From: Azolla caroliniana
Taxonomy: Eukaryota > Plantae > Polypodiophyta
Assembly (NCBI GenBank): GCA_043228905.1
Contig: JBHGNT010000006.1
Coordinates: forward strand, 23,126,001 to 23,190,000
DNA length: 64,000 bases
Direction of reading: 5' to 3'
Shown: positions 23,926 to 37,038 of the stretch, piece after piece
How the letters are laid out: each line of letters starts with the position of its first letter
How positions within the stretch are numbered: position 1 is the stretch's first letter
Program-made: the position numbers and the translations under genes
Notes under the pieces: model-generated
The model's input: the letters and a program-made list of their open reading frames with translations, nothing else
Database searches by the model: none
What the model was told of the DNA's origin: nothing

Positions 23926-26900
23926 TATTGCATTGAGTAATGATTTCTCTGCACCCATATAAGCTGCAAAGACCTGAATCTGATGTGGTTGTAGGAGACA
24001 ACGTGATTGTTGATTGTAGGTATCATCTCCTGGTCGAATTTCGAATTCCAAATGTTGAAATAGGGCATTGTCTTTACCATATTTGGCACCAGGATGAAAA
24101 ACAATTTGAAAGTCATAGTCAGCCAACAAGGTCGACCATTGCGCTTGACTCCGGTTCAAAATGCAAGTAGTGGTGAAGTAGACGAGGTTCTTGTGATCGG
24201 TCACCACTTGGACATGGTGTTGGGCGCCTGCTACGTAAGGACGCCATTCTTCAAAGGCTGCAATAATGGTAGAGAGTTCTTTGTCATAAACTGGCTAGTT
24301 GATATCGGGAGGTGTGAACTTTCGAGAAAAAAAGGCAACAGGATGAAGAATCCCATTGTTATCCGATTGAGAGAGAATGGCACCGATGGCGAAGTCAGAG
24401 GCATTAGTTTCGATCGTAAATTGTTTGGTCAAATCTGGGTGTAGAAGTACCGGAGCCGAGGTAAAAGCTTTTTTTAGTGTCTCGAATGCTAGTTGGGTTG
24501 TGGGATTCCAGCAAAAAGGGGTATCCTTCTGAGTGAGTGCTATAAGTGGTTGCGCCAATGTAGAGAATCCTTGAATGAATCGACGATAGAAGTTAGCAAA
24601 ACCCAAAAATGATTGCACATCCTTGACCCTGATGGGGACTTCCCACTGTTGAACCGTTTTGACTTTCTTCTCATCCATAGGATACCATTAGATGAAATGA
24701 CATACCCGATGAATTCAACTGAGGTTCGATCAAACTCACACTTTTCGGGTTTCGCATAAAGTCCATGTTCCCGAAGTACATTAGAGAAATCATTGTATTT
24801 TAATGGAAAACAGCTAGTACATAGGGTAGTATCTGGAATGGACATGACCGCCATGTCCTTAGAATTTGAAATGGATACAATTAACATTGTATCGCTTACC
24901 TGAGCAAGAGTTGGAACGGTTTTCAAGGACGACACGGGACTAACTATCGATGTTGTTTCTATTGGAGCAACTGCTGACATGGTTCTCGTTGAAGAGGAAA
25001 TGGGAGCGACCGATAACCTGGTCCTCACTGGAGCAGAAATGGGGTTGCCCCTGAAATATGGGTGGGAGCGACTATTGACGTGGTCCTCACTGGAGCAGAA
25101 ACTGGAATCAGAGCAATTATTGATGTGGTTCTGACTAGAGCCGAAACGGGGGTTGTCCCCAAAAACATGAGTGGTAGCAACCGTTGAGATGTTCCTCACC
25201 GGAGTAGGCGCCAGAAGTGCGCTCCTATGTGGAGACCCAAGGGAATTGTTGTATTTGTGATGGCACCAGAAGAGAGCGTTCGACCATTGATCACTTCAAC
25301 TGGAATCGGGACGGTTAATTTGTTGCTTGGAATGTTGTGTTTCCATGCAAACATGATGTCAATAAAGCACGACATAGCCGCAGAATCCAACAAAGCTTTT
25401 TGTCTTCAGAGTGGTAGAGTCAAACTGAAGAGTGATCGGAATCGCGAAATTTGTTGTCGAGGAAGTCAATTGATTGGGCCCTTGACATAATTGTTGACTC
25501 TTGTGGTCCAAATGCCAATCCCCTACTGCAACTAGATATTGGAGTTTTCTTGTACGCCAAAAATGTCAACCCCATCCACAGAATGTGGTGTTTGATAGGG
25601 TCCCTTTTTTGGGCAAGAGCGGATCAAATGGTCAGGGCTGCCACAATAGAGACCTAAATTGTTGGCTTGTCGATGATGTTGTTGCGCATTAGTCAATGGT
25701 CGATAGTGAATTCGATCGATCTCCATTGGCGAGCTAGAATCTGTGGTGGGAGTTGAAGATGAAGTGGAGGATGACATGGGAGGCGGTGCCGTCAACCATG
25801 GTAGGTGACTTCACGTAGCGGCTGGCCAAGATGGATGGATCCGGTGAGAACGTTCCTCTTGCCGGAACTCAAAGAGACAGTTATCGCAGCGCACAACTTG
25901 GGAAATAGCCTCATTCAAAGATGTGGGCTTAGGAAAATTACGTAAAAGATTTTTTATCTCACCTCGTAATCCTCAGCGGAATTGATCGAGGAGGGCTTCT
26001 CCGTCCTATTCGACATTGCATGCGAACTGACGAAATTCAGATGTATATAGTTTGTTGAGACGCGGGTCGTCATTTGTCGGCCTTGTTGTAATGCATATAG
26101 TTTGTTGAGTGTGGCTCGTTGTTTGTCAGTCTCCCCAAAAGATGCCTCAAATTCGGTAAGAAATGCTTGGAAGTCATTCAAGAGAGGTGACGAGGTCTCC
26201 ACTAGAAGGACAAACCAAGCTTGTGCTTGTCCTGTCAGCAACGTGGTGATGAGCCCAAGTTGTCGAAAGTCATTAGAATAGCATCGCGGCTGAAGACAAA
26301 TAATAAGGTGGATTTGGTTGATGAAACCTCTTAGCCGTGACCTTGTTCCATCTAATTTTTCTAACAAGCTGAAATTGGGTTCTACAGCATAAGGGTCAAC
26401 AATCAGGTGAGGTATAACCGGTGTGGCTGCCTAAAGTTCTTGAGCCAAGTTTCGCAAGTTCGCATTTTCATGCTGGAGTTGTTGCACGACCACCAAAATT
26501 TGCTCAAGATTACTAGATGATTCTGACATGATAGTATATTGAGAAAGAAGGAAAGAAAGAAAGAAGGAGATCAATCTGTCACGGATGAACAATTGGGGGT
26601 AAAGAGATGGGAAGTTTATGAGATAGGGAGATCGAGAAGTTGATGACAATGAGTAAAAATATCTATTCCATGAGTGGTGTTGATCTCCTTGATATTAACA
26701 AGGGAGATCAACCCTTTTTATACATGTAGTGATGCATGATAAGCATGTTCATGCCAAGTCTTACATACTATAATATCAAGCATACTAATTCTTGCATGCC
26801 AAGTCTTACATACTCAGTGTTACATACTCAATCTTATATACTAGATCTTATATACCACTCTTTATACAAAGGTTTGAAGTCTAAAGTTTGTCTAGGAGAA

Positions 26901-26949
26901 ATATTTATACTAGGGCCTAAGGTTAAAATTCGAGTCCATGTTCATGACA
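23925..26949 (-). mobile_element. Internally deleted copy of the gypsy chromovirus with an intact 5' LTR (26577-26949)
   Basis: RNase H, RT fragment, protease and gag collinear with 7430-10844. The LTR lacks the DNA-transposon insertion. Confidence 0.88.
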
Positions 26950-27484
26950 CCATGGTTTGAATTGCACAATCCAGACATAGATTGGAAAACAAGAGAAATG
27001 AGGTGTCGACAACCCCAAGAATCTACTCATAAGGTTTCAACCATTCTATTCCATCAACTGCGTGAGGAAGGACACACGGAATGAATGTTTGTATTCGTAG
27101 TATCAGTGAGACCTTTCAACACTGCTAAGGAGGATTCAACAATTCAACTTCCAAAAAAGTATCATCATTATGCCGACGTTTTTTATAAGGTAAAAGCTAG
27201 TACTCTTCCTCATCATTGACCGTATGATTGTCCCATTGATTTACAACTAGGAAAAGAGCCACCGTGTGCACCAATCTACAACTTGTCACCAATAGAGCTT
27301 GAAGTTCTTCGAGCTTACATAGACGAAAATTTGGCAAACGGGTTCATTCGACATTGGAAATCTCTAGCCGGTGCACCCATTTTCTTCGTCAAGAAAAACG
27401 ATGGCTCACTACATCTAGTTGTAGATTACCGTGGCTTGAATAATATCACTATCAAGAATAGGTATGCACTTCCCTTCATCTCGA
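26950..27484 (+). pseudogene. Gypsy protease-RT junction remnant
   Basis: PWFELHNPDIDW...[21 protein letters not shown], continuing the element that starts at 3719. Confidence 0.85.
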
Positions 27485-27799
27485 CTGTAGGGGGTTTAAC
27501 CCATGACCTCCTGGTCTTATTGGGAAACCGTACCAGTTGAGCTACATCCATCTATGAATTATTGTATTGTATAAGATTCAACTTATTACATTGTATGTTA
27601 ATCACTAGAACTTTCAAGAAACTTCTAGAGAAATCTTCTTCATGCACTCTTTAGAAGTTTCCATGCACTCTATAGATGTTTCATAGCTTACATGCATATC
27701 TCCACATTCTTGTATAAATACTCGAGTGCATCATCATTACAATGAAGGTGAACAACACCAGTTATAGAAGCTTAATTCCGTTCTCACCCTCTTGTCTAT
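27485..27799 (+). repeat. Partial LTR (same family as 42434-42886), target of the LINE insertion
   Basis: Similar to the reverse complement of 42520-42870. TATAAATA at about 27713. Confidence 0.75.
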
Positions 27800-28052
27800 T
27801 TCCTCTCTCTCTCTCTCTCTCTCTCCCCCAGCGTTTTCTTTCTTTCTGTGCGTCTGTTTCTCTCCCTCCATCATTATCTACGTTCTAATGAATGTTTATT
27901 TTCTGAATTCCGTTGCCGGAGTGAGGAGTTATGAGAATTTTCGTCCGCAGCCCTCTTTGCCCCGCGGCTCCTCAAACTCTAGGTAGATTTTGAAACCCTA
28001 AATCGATTGAAAGGTACATTCTACTTCTTCTATCATTTTATTAATAGTAAAT

Positions 28053-28868
28053 ATGCCAAGAGGAGTAAATGCCAATGATGATATGATTGAAAGCCCAAAC
28101 AATCAAATGCATACATTGTCAATGGAAAAGATCGCAACTATGTATATCTCATTGCAAGAGACAATGATGCATATGCAAAGCAAATTGTATGCTCGTAAGG
28201 AGAGGGAATTAACTCTTCAACATACATTGGAAATGCAAAAGTTAGAGATGAAAGCTTTGCGTGAAGAACTACATGAAATGAAGAACATGACTATTCAAAT
28301 GCAAGATAATAGGATGCCTGAAATCGAAAGAAAAATGTTGTGAAGTCTTGAAGCAGAAAAAGAGATTTTGGTGAAGGCAAATGCCGAAATAAAATCTACA
28401 ATTGAAGGGAAGGAAGATGTGATCAGGACAAGGTGGGAAGATTTTCTCTTGAAAGAAACACCAAAAATCATGCAAAAACATCCTAATACCATGGATGTGT
28501 TAGATGTAAAGGAGCAATATGAAATCGAAAGAAGAAAGAATAATATTGTCATTAGAGGTATGCAAGAGAATGATATAGAGAATGCATTATCTCTTGCACA
28601 AAATATTACAAAATTCTTTGAGGATCACTTTGCTATGCGAGATGTTATTGTATATGCTGCACATTGGGTTGGCAAAAAGCAACAAGAGGGAAAGACATCT
28701 GCTATTGTTTCTACAATCCTCGATGAACGTAAAAGGGTAATGATTCTAGATAGTAGTAAGGTGTACTTAAAAGGGACAAGTTATTTTGGAACGGAGGATA
28801 GAACTCCACAAGAGCAAGAACGTAGAAGGCAAGCATATGCATCTCGGAAAGCAAATCAAAATGCATAG
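28053..28868 (+). pseudogene. LINE ORF1 (coiled coil plus NIVIRG region)
   Basis: Two in-frame track ORFs split by TGA at 28341-28343. RRKNNIVIRGM motif. Confidence 0.75.
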
Positions 28869-28874
28869 CAAGCA

Positions 28875-31800
28875 ATGACCTATGGGACTATAAGTGCTTC
28901 ACGATCGAAAGTAATGTTTTGGAATTGTAGAGGATATCCATGGAATAAGGGTTTAGGACTCAATGATGTAGCTCAAGGTATGGATATTATATTTTTGGCT
29001 GAAACATGGGAGCATGAGGCAAAACATATACCTAAGACAGACGGTTACCTCATAAAATCGATATGGCCTCTCTCCAAAGGGAATATTGGGCGTGTCGGGA
29101 TAGCATGTATCTGCCATGAGAGCTTAGATAATTTTATCAAAGTATGCACATATGAATAATATAAGAGATACATTTGGATAGAGGTTAATTTGGGGAAAGG
29201 GAAGTTGTATATAGTTGCATGTTACATTCCTCACAAAGACTCAAACTACTATAGTAGGTTTGGGTTAGATTGTGATGATCCAATGTTTTATTTATGGGAG
29301 ACTTCAATGCAAGAGTTGGAAATTTCCAAAACGTGGAGATATTTTAAGAAAATGTAGTAGAACATTGTCTATTGCGTGACTCAAAGGATTGTGTCATGTC
29401 AGATTATGGAAAACTTTTGATACATATGCTAAATTGCCCAAACTTTATTATCCTAAATGGTATAAAGGCATTCCCATTGACAAATGTGCTCACATGTTTA
29501 CCATCCTCGGGTGTAGGAAGTGTGGTTGATTATGCATTAATGTTGGCATGTGATCTATCATTGGTGAATGTGTTTAAAGTTGGCTCTCTATCTCCGGAAT
29601 CAGACCACAAGCCATTGTACTTAGAGCCTGCAATTCCACATTCCACTAGATTTCGTGAAGTGAAAGACGAAAAGAGATGTATTATCGGACCTTGCTACGA
29701 AAAAGCTAAGATGTATGCAAATGAAGTGGAGAACCATTTGTTAAATTTTTCTCTAAGCAACGATGTTAAAGAAAATTGGCAACATTTGAAGGATATAATC
29801 CTTAAGGTTGGATATCAATGCTTTAAGAGACATGTGGGTGGGCATAAGGTGTGTAGTTTTCCATGTAATTCTTGGTTCGATGATGAATGTAAGATGTATC
29901 TCAAATGGTTTAAGTCCATAGAAGGGGGCAATGAAAAGATTGTTGCATGGCACATATACAAGAAAGTAGTGAGGAGAAAGAAAAGAAGATATTTCCAAAT
30001 GAAAGAGATGAAAAAGAAAAACTTGTTTAAGCTCAAACCAAAATTAGCATGGGGACAACTCAGGAATAAGAAAGAAGATGTGAAAGGTCACTTTACAAAT
30101 GAGGAGATGCTAGACTATGTACAAAGGTTATATATGCATGAAGGTGTGGCTCCTATGGTTGAGAAGATTGAAACTCCATGCACTACATGTATCGATATTG
30201 ATGATATCAATAAGGGACTAAAGAAGATGGTAGGTGGGAAAGTAACAGATTCAACCTACGTCTCAAGTGAGGTTTTAAAATGGACAATGCCACACACTTG
30301 TCATTGGATAATGACAATTTTAGAGCAAGCTATAAAACAAGGATTTCCAAATGATTGGCTTATGAATTGGATTAAACCAATATTTAAAGGCGGAGATAAC
30401 AATCAAGTAGCAAATTATCGTACAATAATGGTGAGGTCAACTATTGCTGAATAATATAGTACTATTATGAAGCAAAAGATAAGCACATGGGCTGAGATTA
30501 CAAGCAAAAGAGCACTTGGTCAAGTCGGATTTGGACCAAAACACTCCACCGTGGATCATTTGGTCACATTAAGAGTAATCATGGAAGAGAGTCGACTTCA
30601 AGGAAAAACACTTTATTGTTGTTTTGTTGATTTCAAGAAAGCTTTTGATACCGTACCACGAAGTGAGCTTTGGAATAGAATGGTAGACATTGACATGCCA
30701 TTAGAGTACCGAGTTGCGGTTGCATGTTGTCGTGTGGCGCATGACAGACGTGCCAAACGTCGTGATGTGCACGTCACAAGCGTGCACAAGCATTGGGCCT
30801 CTATCCGCTAGTGGTTATGGAGGATTGATGATGGGATCGTTCAAGATAACGAAACTGCTGAACGACTAGTGCAAGCAAGAAGTATTAAAGATAGATATGG
30901 ATGAGAATCCCAACTCCCGGTTTGAACTTTTGACTTCAAAGTTGAGATACAAGACACATTGCCAAGGAGATAACTAGGATTTATTAATTATTATTGATTG
31001 CATACATTACCTCCCCTTTCTTTCTCTTTCTCTCCTTCTTATATAGATGCCCGCATGCATATGTGCATGTGAGGGTGTAGTACATACATACAATGCATGA
31101 GATGCATGCGATGCATGATGACCATGTACCTTATCTAAGCTCTCATGCACAAACAATTTTGTGTGAAATGTACAATGAAAAAAAAAATTTTAATGAAATA
31201 ACCTAGTTTAATGGTATGTCAATTGCCTCCTATATTAGAGGTGTAAGGTTCAAACCCTTACTATATATTTGTGTAATGAACACCTAAACACACATTACAC
31301 GTGCACATTCATGTGTTTAACATACACATCTAACCATCACTCCTTTCATACATGTGCATATTGCATCTTCTTGATTTCCCTCGTTCCATGAAATTTTCAC
31401 ACTGTTGCCGAAAATCTTCACGACATCCACCTCCACCAAACCGCACGTCCTCCGGTACGTGCCATGAAGTGAGTGTGAGATTTTGGTTACGGTGATCAAT
31501 CAATTTCCTCCATGTCCTCATCAATCTCACTCACATTTGTGGGTGCCGTCATACTATCTTCATTGTTGAGGTCATCCAAGTTTGGACCCTCATCTTGTCT
31601 TTTCTTGAATATCTTTAGTCTTTTTCCTGCAATCGGTATGGTCAGCCTTGATCGGTCTAGCTCCACATATGATCTGAACCAGCTTCTTGCAAACTTTCTT
31701 GTCGTCTTATGTTGGTTGTCAAAGCTATTGTTGCAGACCAATACCCAATTTTCTTCTTCGATCTTCTTGGGGTGTTGACGATGTGTCTTCTCAAAACGAA

Positions 31801-34800
31801 TCTAAAAACCGGGTGCTTCTTCTAATTAGCCAATCCTTTTCTTTGAGATGGGAGATAGAAATGTTGGCAATACAACCTCCTCTGTTTAGTTGAACATCCC
31901 ACCATCTTGATGGATCTTTTCCTTCCTGTGTGTTGTCTTTATAATCACTTCTTTCCTTTCTTCTTTACAAGTAATAACCATCCATTTTACCACAACCTCA
32001 TCTTCTTCGATAACAACCTCAATGTTAGTTATACTTACATCATCATTATAATAATCCTTTGAGTTAACGACATATTTGATCACCGAATCTTTTTTTACAA
32101 GATAAGCATCATATTCAATATCATCTACCCTAAAATTATCCTTCCCAAACACACTCACAACACCAACATTAGCGTTATACATATCCCAAACCATCATAGC
32201 ATTTTCTAGATTATCCTCAATATTATCAACCTTAATCCCATCCTTCCCACACATGCTCACAACATCAACATCATCATTATACACATCCCACATAACATTT
32301 CCTAGATTTTCCTTGCTTATACCCATGTGATCATTATGTAACCCCACATCCACATGGACATATTTTTGCAGAACATCCTCATCATCACAAGTACCTATTC
32401 TATTTTCATAATGGATATCCTCATGAATGTCTTTTTCTAACTCCTTCTCTTGTTTGTGGCTCTTATTAAACCTATCATACTTGTCATCATAATTTAAACC
32501 ATGAGAGTTTCGATCCCAACCTTTCTCCCCATCATGAGTGCTTTTTCATTAGCACAACCATGAAGAGCTCGGCATTGATCTCTCCTCTTGTGTTTATAGT
32601 AATCTTTGTCATGATCATAACTTTGTAGATCTGGAGCACTCTTTGTGAGTTTGTAATGATCTTTGTCTTTGTCATAATCGTGTAGATCTTGATCTTTCTC
32701 TTCAAGCCCACATTCTTTGTCTGATGTCTCTTCATGATTGCATCCCCGAGTATCTTGGTCTTTCCCCTTGAGCCCACGTTCTTCATCACATGTCTCTTCA
32801 TGACTTCACCCTTGAGTATCTTGGTCTTTCCCCTCGAATGTATGTTCTTCGTTCCATGTCTCTTCGTGATCACATCATTGTTCAGTGAATATCTCTCTTC
32901 TCTTGCGTTTGCAATGATTTTCATGATGACAATCATAATCTCTCCCTTCAAGATCGTGTTCTTTGTCACATGTTTCTCCTTTGTCGAGTTTGCAATGATC
33001 CTACTAAATGGCCTTCCTACTAAATGGAAGCATTATCAGTCTCGGCCCACCTTCTCTTCTTATAGACTCTTCTAAGTCATAAGCATCCAAGACCACATCC
33101 ATCATTCGTGATGCCTCCATTACCAACTTCTGTTTTCATGTCGGGTTCACCAAATAGATGTCATGTGGCGCATGACACACGTGCCAATCGTCGTGATGTG
33201 CGCGTCACAAGCGCGGACAAGCACGGGGCCTCTATCCGCTAGTGGTTATGGAGGATTGATGATGGGATCGTTGAAGAAAACGGAACCGCGGAAGGACTAG
33301 CGCAAGAAACAAAACGGCGGACGGACTAGTGCAAGCGAGAAGTATTAAAGATGAATATGGACGAGAATCCCAACTCTCGGTTTGAACTTTTCACTTCAAA
33401 GTTGAGATACAAGACACATTGCCAACGAGATAACTAGGATTTAACAATTATTATTGATTGCATACATTACTTCCCCTTTCTTTCTCTTTCTCTCCTTCTT
33501 ATATAGATGCCCCCATGCATATGTGGATGTGAGGGTGTAGTACATACATACAATGCATGAGATGCATCCGATGCATGATCCCCATTTGGCGCTCATGCAT
33601 CACATGTGATGCATGATGACCATGTACCTTATCTAAGCTCTCATGTACAAACAATTTTGTGTGAAATGTATAATGAAGAAAATAAGTTTTAAAGGAAATA
33701 ACCTAGTCTAATGGTATGGCAATTACCTCCTATCTTAGAGGTGTAAGGTTCAAACCTTTACTTGTACCTCATTGTATGCATTAGGCTTATTTTATATATT
33801 TGTGTAATGAACACCTAAACACACATTACACGTGCACATTCATGTGTTTAACATACACATCTAACCATCACTCTTTTCATACGTGTGCATATTGCATCTT
33901 CTTGATTTCCCTAGTTCCACGCGATTTTCACACTGTTGCCGAATATCTTCATGACAACGCCTATATGAACACGTTAAATGCCAAATAATAATGGATAATG
34001 GATTCTCAAAGAGCTTTTTAAGTAATATGGGGGTTAAGCAAGGATGTCCACTATCACCCACACTCTTTGGCTTATGTATTGATAAATTAGAAAACTTGTG
34101 AATAAGGTTGTAAGAGAAGGATGGAATGACCCCAATTTGATTGCAACATGTTATCTTATTGCTTCTATATGTAGATGATGTGGTACTCTTCTCATATGGT
34201 GTTGATAGTATGCAACATTTACTTGGGGTATTAGAAGAATTCTGCCATAGTAGTGGACTACCAGTGAATGTGGAGAAAACAAAAATGATGGTAGTGCAAA
34301 CCATCCAACCTCATCATTACCCTATGCTCACATATAAAGGTGAACATATAGAATTTGTTAAAAGCTTTAAATATCTTAGCATTGATGTACCCGCCACAAA
34401 TAAATGGAGTGCATGTTTTGATTCTAGACTCCAAGCCGGTTGGAAATCATATTACCTTTTGGAAAACCAATGCAACCAAAGTGATACTTGTGGATGGGAA
34501 GTAAAATTAATGTTGTTCAATGTCATGGTAACTCAGGTATTGCTTTATGGAGTAGAAGTATGGGGTGGCACCATCTTTCTTAATGCATGGAACAAGATTG
34601 AGAAAATTCAAAAGATGATTTTAAGGAGGCAATTAGAAATTAAATGCACTACCTCTTACCAGGTTATGCTCTTGGAAACGGGTGTTCGACCCACAGAACT
34701 ATTGGCACTCCAAAGAGTATATAAATACATTACAAAAGTCAAGAATATGCCGAATCATCGATTACCACATCTTTCTTGGAATGTTGGATGTAAGCTACAA

Positions 34801-35400
34801 AAGAATCATAAAAGTAATATTCTCTCATCTGGTTGGGTTGTTGACATAAAGAAATGGTCTAGAAAATGGGGTGTGGATGATCTTTTAGAGCTTTCAGGCA
34901 ATGCTATGCAATATGTAATGATTGAGAAAAGGTTGGTGGAATCATTAAGGATGAACTGGGAGGATGCTAAGAGGACAAAGCTAGAATACTACATTGCAAA
35001 TCTCAACCCTGAATGTTGGTCTCAATATAAAGCAAGAATATCTATTGATCGTATCCAACCTTATCTCATTACCAATATGCGTAGCAATGCTCGTAGAGCC
35101 CTTACACTACTTCGCGCTTGATCTCACATGTTAGGTATTGAAGTTGCATCATGGTATCAAAATGTAACGAATTTGAAGACATGTAAAGTATGCAATGAAG
35201 GCATGGTAGTGGATGAATGTCACTTGCTCTTCACATGCTTGACATATAGTGCAATTAGTTCAAGATATGTTGACATACTAAGAGGGAGTGAACACTTAAG
35301 ATCCATACTTACAACACCACCTAGAAGGTTGAGCTCATATGTGTATGCATTATTAACACATGGAGACTTTGTGCTTCAACATATAAATACCCCTTCTTAG
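28875..35400 (+). pseudogene. LINE ORF2 (AP endonuclease, RT, CCHC), interrupted by an LTR element at 30728-33956
   Basis: FWNCRG, LAETW, GDFNAR, SDHKP, FVDFKKAFDTV, GVKQGCPLSP, LYVDD and CKVC...DECHLLFTC. Confidence 0.9.
30728..33956 (-). mobile_element. Non-autonomous LTR element with tRNA-Trp PBS
   Basis: LTRs at 30728-31425 and 33159-33956, PBS 33136-33152, PPT GGTGGAGGTGGA. The 1.7-kb internal region has no pol motifs. Flanks are ATGT/ACGC. Confidence 0.88.
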
Positions 35401-35508
35401 GAAGGAGACATATATCAAGAACACATGTAAATTCTGGTCCCATAGGTCAAAATTGGCCTCTTTATGGATGATCAAAACTCTAATTCTAATTCTAATTCTC
35501 TTGTCTAT

Positions 35509-35555
<47 letters not shown>

Positions 35556-35572
35556 ATTTTTTAGTTCCTACA

Positions 35573-35795
35573 TGGTATCAGAGCGGTGAAGGAGTCCAAC
35601 TCCACCAAGAATTTTGTCGCGGTGTTAATAATGAGCGTGTGAATTAAAGAAATGTGGTGGAAAATTCCGCCCAGGTATTGTCTCGCACTTATCACATGGA
35701 AAATTGAATGATAAAAACTATCAACCATGGTGTATGACCATGGAAATTATATTAGAACAATATAACTTGTTAAATATCGTCGATGGAACGAAGGG
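35573..35795 (+). mobile_element. Copia PBS (tRNA-iMet) and gag start remnant
   Basis: TGGTATCAGAGC at 35573-35584, then KLNDKNYQPWCMTMEIILEQYNLLNIVDG. Confidence 0.75.
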
Positions 35796-37038
35796 TGAAT
35801 AAAGGAGTTGATAGGTTACTTTTTCACTTAATTCCTACAATAAAGGAGTTGTTAGGTTACTTTTTCACTTTATTTTCATTTAATAGATTATATCTTATGT
35901 CATTGTGGATGTCAGGGAATTCTAGCTTTTGTAGTATTTCAAAGGAAAGAATCTGAATTGCCCTATGTCTAAAGTGACTAATTGGTATTATGGAATACAC
36001 AAAGAAAGGAGTGGCGCGTATCTCTTTATTTATAACTACATGAATTAAGTGTTTGAAGACATAAGTTATGGTAGGTTTCCTACATTTAAAGGTTATAAAT
36101 TTATTTCGCAACAGCCTATCCACCACTAAAATTATGAGGAGGATGGAGATAAGAGAAATTTATCTTCTTTGGAGATCAAGATTATTATTATCTATTAAAT
36201 GTTTATATATTGGTATTTATGTAAATTTTAATTAAACATGATTTAATTAAATATGGTTCGACTTACCTGGCACAATTTTCTGTAATTCTTGATCAAGAGA
36301 GCATACAAAGATAGATTGAGAGACTAGGCCACCCTTTGACATAACCAATTGATAAAGAATGGAAAACAAGCAAAAGTCTTTGGTGGCAACTAATAGGACA
36401 ATTCTGGGGAGAATCAAAATCCTATTTTCATGAGGTAAAGAATGACGATTTTGTGATAAGGATATGAAGAACATCCTCAAGTATTTCATAAATCCACCGT
36501 TGAACGAGCAAAAGAGAGAAATCATCAATAATTTCTATAGGAACTAAAGGAACCACCGCATGAGGTATTTGAAACCTCGAACATTTTGTAACCCAATAGA
36601 TGGTAATGAGACTTAGTTGATTGGAGCCCTAAAGTACCTAAGGATAGTGGGGACGCTACTGGCTAGTTAATTTCAAGCACAACTTTCACCATGAGAAAAA
36701 ATGATGTATACACAACTATCACCGTGGGCTAAAAAAGGAACTAACACCGAGTCATTAGAAATAGGTAATATGCTGCGTTTTAATAATTGTCCGTCAAAAA
36801 ATGGCACAAAATAGTTCGTAAAATAAAAAGGGGTGCTGCATGCATAAAGTTTTTTTAAAAACGAGGCAAAATATATTGATTTTTAGCATGTCCAAAATTT
36901 TAGGGCTTCCAAAAATTGCCTAAATAATTGACATGCGAAAGTTACAAAAGAATGTACAAATTTTACAAAAAGACTACCACCCATATTTGTACATATTCGA
37001 GAATTAGCATCTTGATGGAAAATACAATATTTACAAAT

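Larger units (their letters stand above)
27800..35497 (+). mobile_element. Full-length decayed LINE (possibly RTEX-like)
   Basis: 11-bp TSD CTCTTGTCTAT at 27789-27799 and 35498-35508. Contains ORF1, an APE-RT ORF2 and a (CTAATT)3 tail. Confidence 0.88.

Noticed and set aside
35511-35550. (CT)n/(GA)n tracts here and at about 3655, 22148 and 56804
   Set aside because: Ordinary microsatellites in LTR or UTR sequence.
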